Source: Azolla caroliniana (lineage: Eukaryota; Plantae; Polypodiophyta). Taken from it: a stretch of 64,000 bases of DNA. The notes beneath the pieces were generated by a model. The model was not told the DNA's origin. It saw nothing but the letters and a program-made list of their open reading frames with translations, and did not search any database. Position 1 is the first letter of the stretch. Each line of letters begins with the position of its first letter. This document shows, piece after piece, positions 1 to 12,802 of the stretch. Both the position numbers and the translations under genes were made by a program. Where the stretch lies: positions 8,308,001 to 8,372,000 of the forward strand of contig JBHGNT010000016.1 in NCBI GenBank assembly GCA_043228905.1. The letters run 5' to 3'.

Positions 1-1
1 G

Positions 2-1618
2 ACTAGGACGACGACTAAGGATATGGTCATGCTCCGGGCACAATTACATGAGCTGCAAGAAGAGCTAGCACAGGCAAAAGAAGGCAGCCGACAAGCACAA
101 GATGGCACCGAGCCGGTCGGGACATCAGAAAAGCAAGCCGAACCAGAAACGGAGAAGGCCTTGCAAACCGGCCCTGAGACCGAGAAGTTAATAGCAACTT
201 TGAAAGAAGAATTACAGGCTCAGGAGGCATTGAGAGATAATGAAAGAGAGCAGCGGAAGTTGGTAGAAGACGACAGACGGTGAATGGAGGAAGGCCTTCG
301 CCGAAGCAAAGCCACCAATGACCGACTACAAGAAGAAAACGGGACACTGCAAAAGGAAAAAGATAGGCTGCGCCGACGAATGGAGCAGGAAATCGAGCGG
401 TTGCGAGAGGAGTTCCGACAACAAAAGGACCGGGATGATCAGTTGCGAGCTCAGGCGAACCGACGCCTAAAACAGAAGACGGAGGAATTCGACCGACTAT
501 GTAAGGATTATAAACAGGCCACGTCGGACATCAAGAATCAGGCAGCAACGTACGACCGACAGATAGAGAAGCTGAAAGAGCAGCTCAAGGAAAACCGCTT
601 GGAATTGTCCAAAGCAAGGGAGGAAGTATCGACGGAGAAGACCTTGACGTCGGAACAAAGAAAGGAGATGGAAGTACTTCGGCAGAAAGTAGGGGAGCTG
701 ACAAAGAGCAGGAACGAGGAAAAAGTGAAGTCGACTTTCAAAATCAACAAATGGCGGAGTACCTGCGACAAGCAAAAAGCCGACTCTGAAGCTCAAGCTC
801 AGTTAATGGCCGACATCATCAAACGGATAAGGAAGGAAAAACAAGCAGCTTTGGAACAGGCTAAAGCAGGGGTTGACCGAATTAAGTTCATCATGTCAAG
901 TTGGAGTACCCGAGCTCAGGCCAGCATAAGTGAAAGCACGGAGAAACTCTGGAGGGAATGGGCACAACAGGCAGCTGAACTGCAGACACTCCGAGCTGAT
1001 GCAGAAAATCGGAAGAAAACCGGAGATGGGTTCTATAAAATGGACGAAGAAAGTATCGTCAACATCCGGGAAGAATTGTCGGAGGATTTCTATGCTCTAG
1101 CAGAAGAGCATCTCAAGGAAATCCGAGGGTTAGTAGAGAGGTTGGATGACGGGCAGCTCGAAACCCAACTAGAATTGGAAGGGTACGAGAAGGACTGACT
1201 GCGACAGGAAGCCGAGGGACACACAACGCCGATCTCCATCAGTGAGGGCGAGCGACCGGCTGAAGAGGACCCAACCAACAATGCACCCCGACAAGAATTA
1301 CCCGAGGAAGAACTTCCGGAGCAAGAACAAGTTGATGCCGGGGATGATGCAGAGTGGAGACAGAGAAGTACCGAATCCGGGGAGGAAAGGACACAACCAG
1401 TGGAAACCGGAGAGAGCGATACCGGGAACGGAACGGAGGTAGAGCAGGACAGACCCGTACAGGATACAGAAGAAACACCGGTACCACCGGTACAAGCAGA
1501 GTCGGAGCCGCAAGATGCGAAAAGGCAGCCAATCCAATCGGAAGTCGGAGACGGCACAGGCAAGACAACACTTGAAACCTCTGAGCGGAGTTTGCTGGAT
1601 AATTTGGAGGAAGACTGA
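2..1618 (+). pseudogene. Long coiled-coil protein with acidic tail; extra ORF of an LTR element, broken by two in-frame TGA codons
   Basis: ORFs 23-283, 284-1198 and 1400-1618 share one frame; stops at 281-283 and 1196-1198 fit CGA>TGA decay; E/K/R/Q-rich heptad-like sequence, no recognisable catalytic motif. Confidence 0.6.
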
Positions 1619-1625
1619 AGCCGGC

Positions 1626-1963
1626 TGTGGGTTCGAAGTGCAATGCACTTTCCCACGGGCGTGCCATGTGTTGGCCGGTCAGAGAAGGCAAATGGGAAAG
1701 CAAGGTCGGATCGGATAAATATAGAAATAGGAATAGAATTATTAGGAGGGACGGATCCGGTAGTTGTAACCGATCCGGATCCGAACCGATTCGGTTTCGG
1801 TTAATGGTTGCCTACCGAGCACCGATTGTAATCTGGCCGGATGCCTATAAAAGGATCCGATGTTTTGTAATGAAGAGACGAAGAATTAATACAGTTTTGC
1901 TTATGCTTATTAATCTTGTCTTCGTCTGTGCTTAAGTGTAATTATCATACGCGTGTATTAACA
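1626..1963 (-). mobile_element. LTR (1669-1963, TGTT...AACA) with adjacent tRNA-type primer-binding site; probably Ty3/gypsy non-chromovirus type
   Basis: Minus strand reads LTR end, CA, then TGGCACGCCCGTGGGA; plus strand shows a tRNA-like 3' end ending in CCA at 1666. Confidence 0.6.
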
Positions 1964-2039
1964 TCCTATCCCTACCACCCCTTTGGAGAAGTGTCGGATA
2001 GACACCTGTGTTGCGGCTAGTCCAGCCATACATACAACA

Positions 2040-4442
2040 AAAGTCTGATTGTCATCATCCTATACGTGGATGACCTAGTCATTGGAGGTGAGCATCTAGT
2101 CGACATTAACAAGGTCAAGTCCCTCCTCTCCGCTCCATTACTTCCTTGGCATCGAGGTAATCCGGACTCTAACCGGTGTAATGATCTCTCAACGACACTA
2201 CATCCTCAACTTGTTAATATACAAATTCGGGATGATTGAGTGCAAATCTGTGGCAACCCTTCTCGATCGAAACCTCAAACTAGATACCACAATCCATTGT
2301 GCCGCTCACGTATCATAATACTCTCTTAGCACAATCGAAATGAATATCTCCCGAAGTTTGCATGAATTCGTTAAGGAGGCCGACCAGATAGCTGAGGTCG
2401 TGTCGAGTGATCGTGAGATAGATGAGACTCCCAATTAGTTGTCAATACTGAGTCGACTCGCACTCGTTTGTGCCGGACTCAGCGTCTAGTTTCAGGTTTC
2501 GATAAAGAGGGGTTGCCACAGAGTTGCACTCAATCATCCCGAACTTGTATAACAAGTAGAGGATGTAGTGCCGTTGAGAGATCATAATGCTGGCTGGAGT
2601 CCGAATTACCTCGATGCCAAGGAAGTAATGAAGCTCCTTCATGTCCATCATCTTGAATTTGTTGGAGAGGAGGGACTTCACCTTGTTGACGTCGACTAAA
2701 TGGTCACCTCCAGTAACGAGATCATCCACGTATAGGATGATGAAAATTTGGCTTCTTTCCTGATAACTTCTCGTGTAGGGTAACCTCATGCACGCCAGAT
2801 GTTGTACACCGGTCCATTAGGTAGACGGTTGTGTTGGTGGCTTTTGCCCAATACGACTTTGGCATGTGCTTCTCGTTAAGCATGGCATGTGCTACTTCGA
2901 GGATGTGCCAATTGTTTTGTTTGGCTACTTCATTCTATTGTGGCATATGTCGACACGAAAACTCTCGCCGAATTCCTTCTTTCTGAAGAAAAGCTGAAAA
3001 ATCTTCGGAGAAGTACTCTTTTCCTCCATCCGACCAAAGATATCGTACATATCGACCTGTTTCCTTTTAAACGTCACTCTTGAATTTTTGGAAGTGTCCG
3101 AACACTTCGCACTTTTGTCGCATGGGGTAGATCCAGATGTGCCTGGAGAAGTCATCGATGAAGGCCACGTAGTATCAGCATACGCCGAATGTAGCCGTCT
3201 GAGCCAAACCCCATACATCGGAATTAATTACGTCGAGTATGCCTTTGTTCACATTCCTCTCCTTCGGAAACGGGTGCCGATGTTGCTTGCCGAATTGGCA
3301 GGCTACACATACGCCTTCAATCTCTTTCTCTTTGAAGGTCGGGAGTCCAATGACAACTCCTTTCGATTGCATTGCCTTGACCTTTTGGAGGTTGATGTGA
3401 CCAATCCGCTTATGCCATAACTCTATGTTGGTGTCGGCTTTGGTTCCTTTTGCAAACATGGCTGATTTTATCTCGTGCGAATCAAGAATGAACATTTGGC
3501 CCTCTCTTCGTCCGCGAGCGATGAGTCGACCCTCTTTCTCGATGAAGCAACCACCTTGATTAAATCGAACTTGCATCCTTTGCTCAACAATTTGACCGAC
3601 GGAGACCAAATTCTTCGTAATGGTAGGTACATGCAAGACATTCTTAATGTAAGTTTGGTTACCTTCTTTTCTGAATGGAACATTGCCGATGTGCCGAATC
3701 GGATGAGTAGTGTCGTCTCCGGTTTCGACATAGTCGGGTCGGTCCGTCTTTCGAAGTTCTTAGAACGATTCTTGATGAGACATCATATGGTTCAAAGCAC
3801 CGGAGTCGACGAACCATACATCTTCCGGACCAGAGGCACTAGTTGAAGTAAAGGACGACATAGAATTTTCTCTATGTCTCATCATGAACATTCCGCCATG
3901 ATTGTCATAGTCGGAGTTGGTGGCGTAGTTGGTTAGTTGTTGGCCAGTGGAAGCCCACTCGCGCTTCTTCTTTCGGCACTCTTACCAAACCACTTTGATA
4001 CCATTTAAAGAATCGGATATGATTCTTGTGCAGTGGAAGAGATGTGTGTTATGTGTATGAGTGAGAGGAAAGAGATGAGAGAAGTGAAAACACATTATAG
4101 ATAGTTGAAAGAAAAATGTACTCAAGAAGAAGGTGTATATTAACAAAGAGAATAGCATTACAATGAGTCACAACCAACTTAGTATGAAGTAGGAGAAGGG
4201 TGCTTTATATATGGTCACCCTCTCTCTTCATTAACTCACTACAACAACTACTATCTCTTGGGGAATGTGAAGACTCATTGTCATGGGGAATATGGAACTC
4301 ATTAGTTATGTGTCATAGAATATGATTCAATGACACATAGTTAATGTGTAGAGAGTAGTGGTGTGATTCTTGACCTTTGAGTGATCATAGATTCTCAAAG
4401 GGTGTGTTCACACATTGCACTAGGTTGAACTTGATTCTCAAC
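2040..4442 (-). mobile_element. Degenerate, internally deleted Ty1/copia: RT fragments in both orientations, integrase, GAG-pre-integrase, PBS and 5' LTR (about 4004-4442)
   Basis: LYVDDL at 2442-2789(-) and about 2050-2290(+); LWHKRIGH and CVACQFGKQ at 3175-3636(-); PBS TGGTATCAAAG at about 3993-4003(-). Confidence 0.8.
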
Positions 4443-5909
4443 TATCTCCTACCTCCAAGGTGAAGGCATTCAGAGAGAATTTTTGTGCCGACACACACCC
4501 CAACAAAAGGAGTAGCCGAAAGAAAGAATCGACACATATTCGAGGTAGCACGCGCCATGATGCATGAGAAACACATGCCGAACTTCTATTGGGCCGAAGC
4601 GGCATCCATAGTAGTCTATCTCATGAACCGGTGCACCACTAATGGAGTGCATGAGCTAACTCCATACACTCCTTGTTGGAAGGAAGTCGATCCTGTCACA
4701 CCTCAAAGTGTTCAGACACATTGTGAATGTACGCATCCCTAGCAAAAAACAACAAAAGCTCAATGCGAAGTCGGATGTATCCTCGTAGGATACTCGTCCA
4801 AGAAAAAGTCATACAAGTGCTTCAACCCTTCAACCTGAGTTGTTCGGGTGAGTCGGGACATAGTTTTCGACGAATCAACATCATGGTATGAGCCCGATTC
4901 GGCTCCACCCGAACTAACCGAGGAACGTTTGGTCGTCAACTCGGATGACGATATTCGGCCAAGTCCTTTACCAAAGGATAGTCCAAGCTCTACCGAGCTA
5001 AGTGGACCACAAGAGCCTTCAAGCCTTCAAAGCGCGTCTCAATTAGGAGCCAAATCGGACAAAGGCATAGGTAAGATGCTTGAATATGAAGTCGGCCACC
5101 CTGATGACAGTGATTTGGATGTGTCGGCTCCCTCACTAGACAGTGATTCGGACACCTGGAGTAAAGAAGGCACTCACATCGGCAAGCGAAAAACTCTAGC
5201 ACTCATCATGAGAGAAGAATGGGGTCACTCGGTTCGGCTACAACGCGTATATGGCCCATCATTATGCCTTCACGATGAAGGTGGCGCCCAAACAAGAAGC
5301 GGCCCATGGCCCACGACGAATGGAAGCACTCGGCCTTTGACCCTCTAACACTACAAGCCTTCGTCACAAGCTTGAGGGGGAGGAACCGAAATTGTTGCGG
5401 AAAGGATGACGGACACCTTACACTTGAGCTTGAGGGGGTGTGTTGAGATATCAAGCTCAACTTAGTTTAGCCATTTAATTAACCACGTAACTTAGTAGTT
5501 ACCTAAATAGAATCTAGTTAGTGTGTTGACCTTAAAGCCTTAAATATGATTTTGTACTTGAGTGGGATACATTCTAGATCCTCCACTCACATGTTCATTT
5601 AATATAGGAATTACACCTTTGTACCTATATTCTCCTCACACATGTGCGCCCTTGCACGTGAGATGTATATATACCTCACTGAGGATATCGTTGTCATTAG
5701 AGGCTTATTAATATAGAGAAAGCTCTTTAGCTACACTCTTGTTAATCATCCCCCATTTATTGTTCATAAGTGTAACTTCCTCTCTCTCTTCCTCTCACAC
5801 ACATACACACACATATCACATCATCTTTCGCAGCTTAATCACATATGTGATTAACTATTCACATAATTAGATACTAATTAATCCTTAGTTAATTATCTAA
5901 TTATTAACA
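4443..5909 (+). mobile_element. Truncated Ty1/copia 3' part: integrase remnant, PPT and 3' LTR (5441-5909)
   Basis: GVAERKNRHI and SRDIVFDE; PPT TGAGGGGGTG then TGTTGAG at 5441; ends TTAACA at 5909; RT/RNaseH absent. Confidence 0.75.
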
Positions 5910-7990
5910 GATGGCAAAAACTTTGACCTATGGAAGGAGATGATGCAGGATGTGTTAATCATCAGGTGATAAGTTGAAGGAATATGTTAAAAGATTATAT
6001 GCGGAAGCGTTGTGTAGAAGGACACGGTCGGTTATTCAGAAACACAATAGTTAGGTAAACACAGATTAACGGTGAGAGAGAGAGAGAGAGATGGAGATAG
6101 AGTAGACAACAAAAACTTCGATTAGCAAATATTCTTTATTCTATATCTCAATGTGCTCATAGAAGGTATTTTTATTAATCTTTTTTCTACAAAAGGGTCA
6201 CTAAAATAGTAAAAAACATACTTATAAGGGGTTTATAAATGATGTCATGAACACACGTGGAGTTTGTGTGACGTAAACTATATAATCTAAACCATGTAAT
6301 GTACTGCATGTGCACCATATGGCACACATGCAAAAGCTTGTCTACATGTGCGCCACATGGCCCACATGCAAAAGGGAGGGAAAAACAAAGAAGACTTTTA
6401 TTGTAAAGGGGGTTTTTTCTTTTTTTTTCAGCAATACAGATTCTCTAGTTTGCGTTCTTTCTTCTTTCGCGTTTTAGGGTTGGTTGTGCAGGGTGTTTTG
6501 CTTATAACTCCGTTTTTTACGTTGGGAAGCTCATTCTAAGGAATTTACAACGTTCATGTACATGGTTAATTTGGTTAAGTCTATGAAAAGTTATAAAGAT
6601 TTTCGTCTTCATAGCTAAGAATGGAAGTTATACGAGGCTACCAGAATACTTTCAGCTCGATTGTTGATTTGACTTCCCTCACATCCCTTCCTCTTATTTG
6701 CACTCTCCTTGTTCAGAACCCTAGCGGTTCCACCCAAACGCGCAAATTTCCTCGACATCGGCAATGCTCCCAAAAGTCCATTTCGGCTTGTTGGAGTCTT
6801 GGTATGTAGCTGATTGCCGACAGTCTTTCTAATCTGGCTTGTGACATATAGCCGAGTTGGCCATGCCACGACATTGTTGTTGGCTTTTTTGTTACATTTA
6901 GTGATCCCTCTGGACTTATTAATATTAGTCAGTAGAAATTATTGTACTTTTTGCCATGGCCAATTCGTAGATTTTCTTTGGTAATTTGCCATGATGACTT
7001 GCTAGTGTCGTCCTATACCCATCGTCAACTAACATGCTGATAGAGAACAAACTCCTTTTGAGCTCGGGTACATGTCAGACATGGTGCAGGATGATGGTAT
7101 TGTCGTTCGTTAGTCGAACCGGTATTTCGCCGATTCCAGGGATTCGGCACTCCTATCCATTGCCGAGTCGAATTGTGCCCCCAGCTTTGGCCAAATAGTT
7201 CAAAAACTATTCGCAATGAGGATTCACATGGAATGTGGCTACACAGCCACGCATCTTGTGCGCTACAGAGGATCTCTTCAGTCGGTGATCCTTCCAATGA
7301 AAGGATTTCTCCCAACCGGGATTCAACAATGTTGATTTGGTTGCCGATTGGGGAGTGATTCGAATATGACGATCCAAAATTCCAATCGAATTTGTGCCCA
7401 TTCCCCTTCTTGACGGACCAACCATCAGCAATGCTATGGCTAGCCTTTCTGCAATGTGTGCACAAGGTGTTCGGCTTGCCAGTGCACGATTCAACTCATG
7501 TTGGTCATTCTTCCTCCTTGGCCGGCTTTGGCTTTGGCTAGTTCTGTGATTTGTTTCTGCCAAAAAATGGGCTTTTGCACTGTCATCAATGGAGAGCCCC
7601 ATTGACCTTCGTCATATGTCTTCCAACAGTATCATTCCGATAGGTTCGTCCAATGTCAACTTCGGGGAGCTATTCGTGAACATGGTGCAAAATACTTCCC
7701 AACTCACTCGCAGGTTCAAGAAAACCGCAAGGGCTTTTATTTCTTCTTCGAAATCCATCCCTTAGGAGGAGAGTTCAGGCAACACCTGGCTAAAGGTAAT
7801 GGATTGAGTGCGATGCCTTCAAGTCTTCTCACTTAGTGTAGTAGTCAATGGCAATGAGTAGTCAAGGTTTGAATTTTGGAAGGTGTGAAAGGGCCAATGA
7901 CAATGAGGGCCCATTACTTCTAATACAAGGCCGTATATTTTATCATGTAACCCAATGACAATGACAATGAGGGCACTCACATCTCAAATT
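5910..7990. mobile_element. Old copia remnants: plus-strand gag start (DGKNFDLWKEMMQDVL), an LTR-like segment from about 5985, and minus-strand gag zinc-knuckle debris
   Basis: CTHCRKASH knuckle in ORF 7025-7465(-); heavily frameshifted. Confidence 0.5.
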
Positions 7991-9736
7991 TGCAATGTTA
8001 TTTTCTTCATTGCTATTTAATCTCCGTTGCTTGCAAAACCACATGAGGTTGAAACATCACTTCCCAATCACTACGAGCATGAACTTCATTTTATAGTTCT
8101 ATCATTGTTCCTTGTAAAGACTCATTTCAATGGACATGTAATGTGATGTTCCACAAGAATATTCCAACACATCATTAACAACCTTCAATTCTCTACAAGC
8201 TATGTTGGATACAACCCTCTCCTTTAGCTTGTTTTACTCATGCATTTTATCTCAAATGTACAATTTAAGCATTTTATCTCAAATGTACAATTTAAGCATG
8301 CAAGTACTCAAAAAGACAATCTCAACTTTGAAATAAACAAAGCTGTAGAATTAAAAAGACAAACTTTGAAATAAACTCAAGAAAAAGGAGAAAAGAAGCT
8401 AGAAAAGAATTGCAAAAAGAACATTTTGGTTATAAAGATGGAGGATGTAAAAGAACATAAAGATAAGAGAAGAATATAATTAACCATTGGTTTAGAGTGT
8501 TATATGTGATGTTGACTGAAGGGCATGCAAATGTTTCAAGGTTTATTTGTGTTTCCTAATCTTAGTCGCATACTCTATCTTGTCTTACCTACAAAGCCAC
8601 CTCAGTATCTCTTGTCTTAATCTCACGGATCAAATATTAATTATGAGCAATAGATATACATATTAAGAAAAAATTGTTTAAGGGTACTTAATCACCCGAA
8701 AGCATAGGACAAGGACAAACATAAAATACCATCAATGTAAGACAAGCAAATATGAGTATAATGGTCTTCTAAAGTATAGCTATAAATAGAAAATAACATC
8801 CAAGAAAACAAAGACTAAATGATATAGTTGACCCCAAAAAGTGCCACTCATTTCTTGTTAAAAAGTGGCCAGAGCATTATACCATGTATGAAGAAACTCT
8901 TCGAAAATGTATGGATAAAGTTCTAGTATATACTTTGGTTCCAGTATAAATATTAATGCAAATCCAGTGAGTATACCATCTACAATAATACCAATGACTT
9001 CATGCCCCAATGATGGAATCTATTGGTTAAAGAAACAATACCACCGCTAAGTTATCATTACATAGAAACAATTGACCCAAAATATTTAGCTCATGAGACA
9101 CTACCAATAGTTAACACATATCCATCGGCAGGGATGGGAATATGAAATTGCCGTGAGAACTCAAAAGTCATCATCACCTGGGGTTGCAAAATCTTTCATC
9201 AAGTTTTTATGCAAGTTTTGAAACCAATGCTACATAACACATGTAGTGTGTTTAATGAGTTTATTACAATGCTGATGTTCATTTCAGGTGCATTTCCTGA
9301 TGATGTAGGTTGATGCAAGGATAATAACTTCTTGTTGCAAAGAATGTAATGAATAACGGAAAAGTTAATGCACAAACTCATCGAGAAGTTCAGGTATGTA
9401 CAAAATCTCGGCCCAGAACGGCAATAAATTGGCTTTCACATCAGTCAATGATGTGAGTCAGGACTCAGGAATAGAACATTATCAACTACAGCTCCAAAAT
9501 CCTTAACTGAAATACAGCTTTCAGGTATCCAACTAGAATTTCTTCATGTTCAACTCAACTTGCAGAATTGTTCTTGCTATAAACAGCAATACCAGGATGA
9601 TTCTTTAAGGTTGATTGTAACGGGCACCTGCCTTCATCAATCCTTCATAAAATTTGGTCATTGACCCATGTTAATATTTTTGACACTAATGTCATTTAAA
9701 TATCAGCGAATCAAACCTGTACTAAATGGGGTTCTT

Positions 9737-12700
9737 TCACTTCAGAAAGGAAGATGATCGATTCTTTTTGTCTGTAAAATATTTCACCACTACTTCCCTT
9801 CCAATGTTCTCGGTCTTCCTTGATTCCATATTTCTCACCTGTTGAAACAAAAATATGTTCCAAATATTGGGATAATAGATTTTTTTCATTCCAATATTTG
9901 TATATGCTGCAGCTTATTAAAAGACACAGTAAACATATAGCAGCATGCGATTTCAAAATATATGACAAGGTCGACATTGCCACTCTTTTATATTTACTCA
10001 CAGTGAGAGATATTCAATATTCAAAAACCTCATTCAACCAGATGTATTTCAAATTTTAGCAAAAACATACTTATTATAAAAAGCATGTTCATTGAACTAA
10101 GAACACAAAACTAGTTGTGTGCTCGTACTCTGAATTGTGTTTTGGCTATGTATTAGGGATTGATTTGGTCTGACAGAATCAGAAGTCACAGTTCGGTGTA
10201 ATGTAGCTTTAGATGCTATCATCTGGTGCCAACTTACAGCATGATCATTTCCAGAGTCAGAAGTCACAGCTCAGCATAAAGTAGCTCGGGATGCTAATAA
10301 TCAATCTTGTTTAATGGCAAAGATTATGGTGATGTTAGTTGGTGATAAAAGTTGTACGAACTAGGACACCTTCCAAGCTCTTTCACAGTCCCTGGGCTTC
10401 AAATGATTTTGTTTTGTTTATTTACCTCACTTAAAGATGTCATCTTAGGTCATTCCCGATTGTTCTTTATCCCATAAATCTGGGGAATCTGTGCAGCATA
10501 TATTAATTTTTCAGGAGCAAAAAGAAAAGAAAACAGACCTTTACAGTGTTATGCAAAAGATCTGCCTCTGTTAACATGATCAACCACTTAATTCCACGCT
10601 CATTTGCATAATCATATTGTTCAGTCAGACTAGGGGAGGGTGAATGTAGAAAATTTGCCTGGATAATAGATCACAATAAACTATGAGAGCATTTCGTACA
10701 AACTAAGAAATTCATGTCTGTAAGTGGTGACAACCGAATCTCTTACTTTTACATCAGCATCCCATAGCTCTGAGACAACTTCCATTCTCTCTCTTAATAA
10801 TCCTCCTCCACCCTTTGAGCATACAAGCACTTCAATCTCCGAATCTATCTCATTGCTGCACCCATTCAATGTCAAGTTTAGATTTTACATGTTTCTATTA
10901 AAATGAGATATTGCATGCTATAAACACCAGCACTTACCCTTCAGGTGCAGATAACAAAAATATTTTTTCAAGTGCTATACTAATACCAACACCACCAGGT
11001 GCAGACAAACCCTGCAATTGAGGAATGAGTAAGGCACATATTTACGTCCAATTATGTTCACAAACATAAAAAGAAGCGTGAACACGTTTGTAAGTCATTA
11101 TTGCAAGATTCCAACAGATTTCATTTTGGCTTCGCACTGTCAACTGCTGAAAGGAAGGTAATATTATTCACTAAATTGCAAGCTCTTACAGGTAATCTAT
11201 TCCTCAAGTAATAAGAAATAAGCATTTAGCATGGAGAAAGCAGAGTGTCATTTGGAATAGCCATGATGCATAAATTCCTATTATATAGAAAATTAGGCAG
11301 TTCTCATTATTATAGTAGCTAGGAGCTTTTCAAATATATATTATACACAGGGAAGATACATGATTGTACATACACTTAACCATCTCATATATAGTTGCAC
11401 TATGAAATCTATCTGTGAATTTACTCTATGAAGCACGATATATCAATGAAAGCATCAGGAATTTATGGATAAATTCCTTTTGCAATAGTATGGCAGGGCT
11501 AGAAAATTCTCAGTATCGTAATATGTACATGATTGTACATACACTTAACCATCTCATATATAGTTGCACTATGAAATCTATCTGTGAATTTACTCTATGA
11601 AGCACGATATATCAATGAAAGCATCAGTAATTTATGGATAAATTCCTTTTGCAATAGTATGGCAGGGCTAGAAAATTCTCAGTGTCGTAATTTCTTTGAA
11701 ACCATACATCTGCAAACTTGATCTTAGTGAGTGCATGAGGCTTCCACAGATAAATTTCTTTTGCAATAGTGAATTCCCTTAGTCAATGTCATAATATCTC
11801 TGAAACCATACACCAGCCAACTTGATTTTAGTGATGGCATGAAGCTTTCACTAATAAATTTCTTTTGCAATAGCACTTGGCTGGTTTGGCAAATTTCCAT
11901 AGTCAATGCCATAATATCTCAGAAACCATACACCTGCCAACTTGATCTTAGTGAGTGCGTGAAGCTTCCACAGATAAAACTAAGTCTGAAGGAACTTAGC
12001 AAAGACCGCCAAATCAAAGAATAAACTCAATCAACCTTACAACAGTAAAAATGGGTCTTAATACAAACCAAGCTACTAGTCCAATGTCTTTTAAGAAGCT
12101 TATCATAACGACCTCCAATGGCCACCAGCATCCCTCCAGATGCTGCCGCAAGGCGAGATCCCTTTCTAATGTAAACCTGTTTGTACAAGAAATAGGCATT
12201 CAGGTTGAATTAACGAACACACAGACCTATTGTCCTCTCATCCCCCTTAAAAAAGGCTTACTTGGAAAAATATACCCTCATGATATTGTTCAACTGGTAC
12301 CATAAGCGCATCAACATGAACATGTTTCCAATGACCATGAACATCTCTTCCCACATTCCAGACCCTTATATAGCTCTGAAAAGCTTCCAGTTCATCAATT
12401 GCAGAAGAAATAAGTGCATCTACATAGATAGAGACTTGATATGTCATTTCACCATTTCAAGGTTTAAAGAACTGAAGCAATAAATTATTATGACATAAGA
12501 CAAGTTCAGAAAAATAAATAATACTCTCTGCTAGTCCTCCGCGAAGTCGAGATAAAGCAACATCCGCAACTCCATTCCATCTGCGCTCTACTGTTTGCAA
12601 GCGATCTACAACACTTTCTTGTAATTGAAGTCCCTGTCAAGAACATCCAAGATCTATTAGCAGTAAAATGGTATATAGAATCATGGCTCATGCAAATCAC

Positions 12701-12770
12701 TTCAGATTTTCCTAATAAATTATCAATCAGCTTCATAAATATAAGAAAGAGAAGCAACAGATTTTAGCAT

Positions 12771-12802
<32 letters not shown>

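Noticed and set aside
1621-1666. tRNA gene
   Set aside because: Only the T-arm and 3' end with encoded CCA are present; no D-arm or anticodon arm, and it abuts an LTR, so it is a PBS
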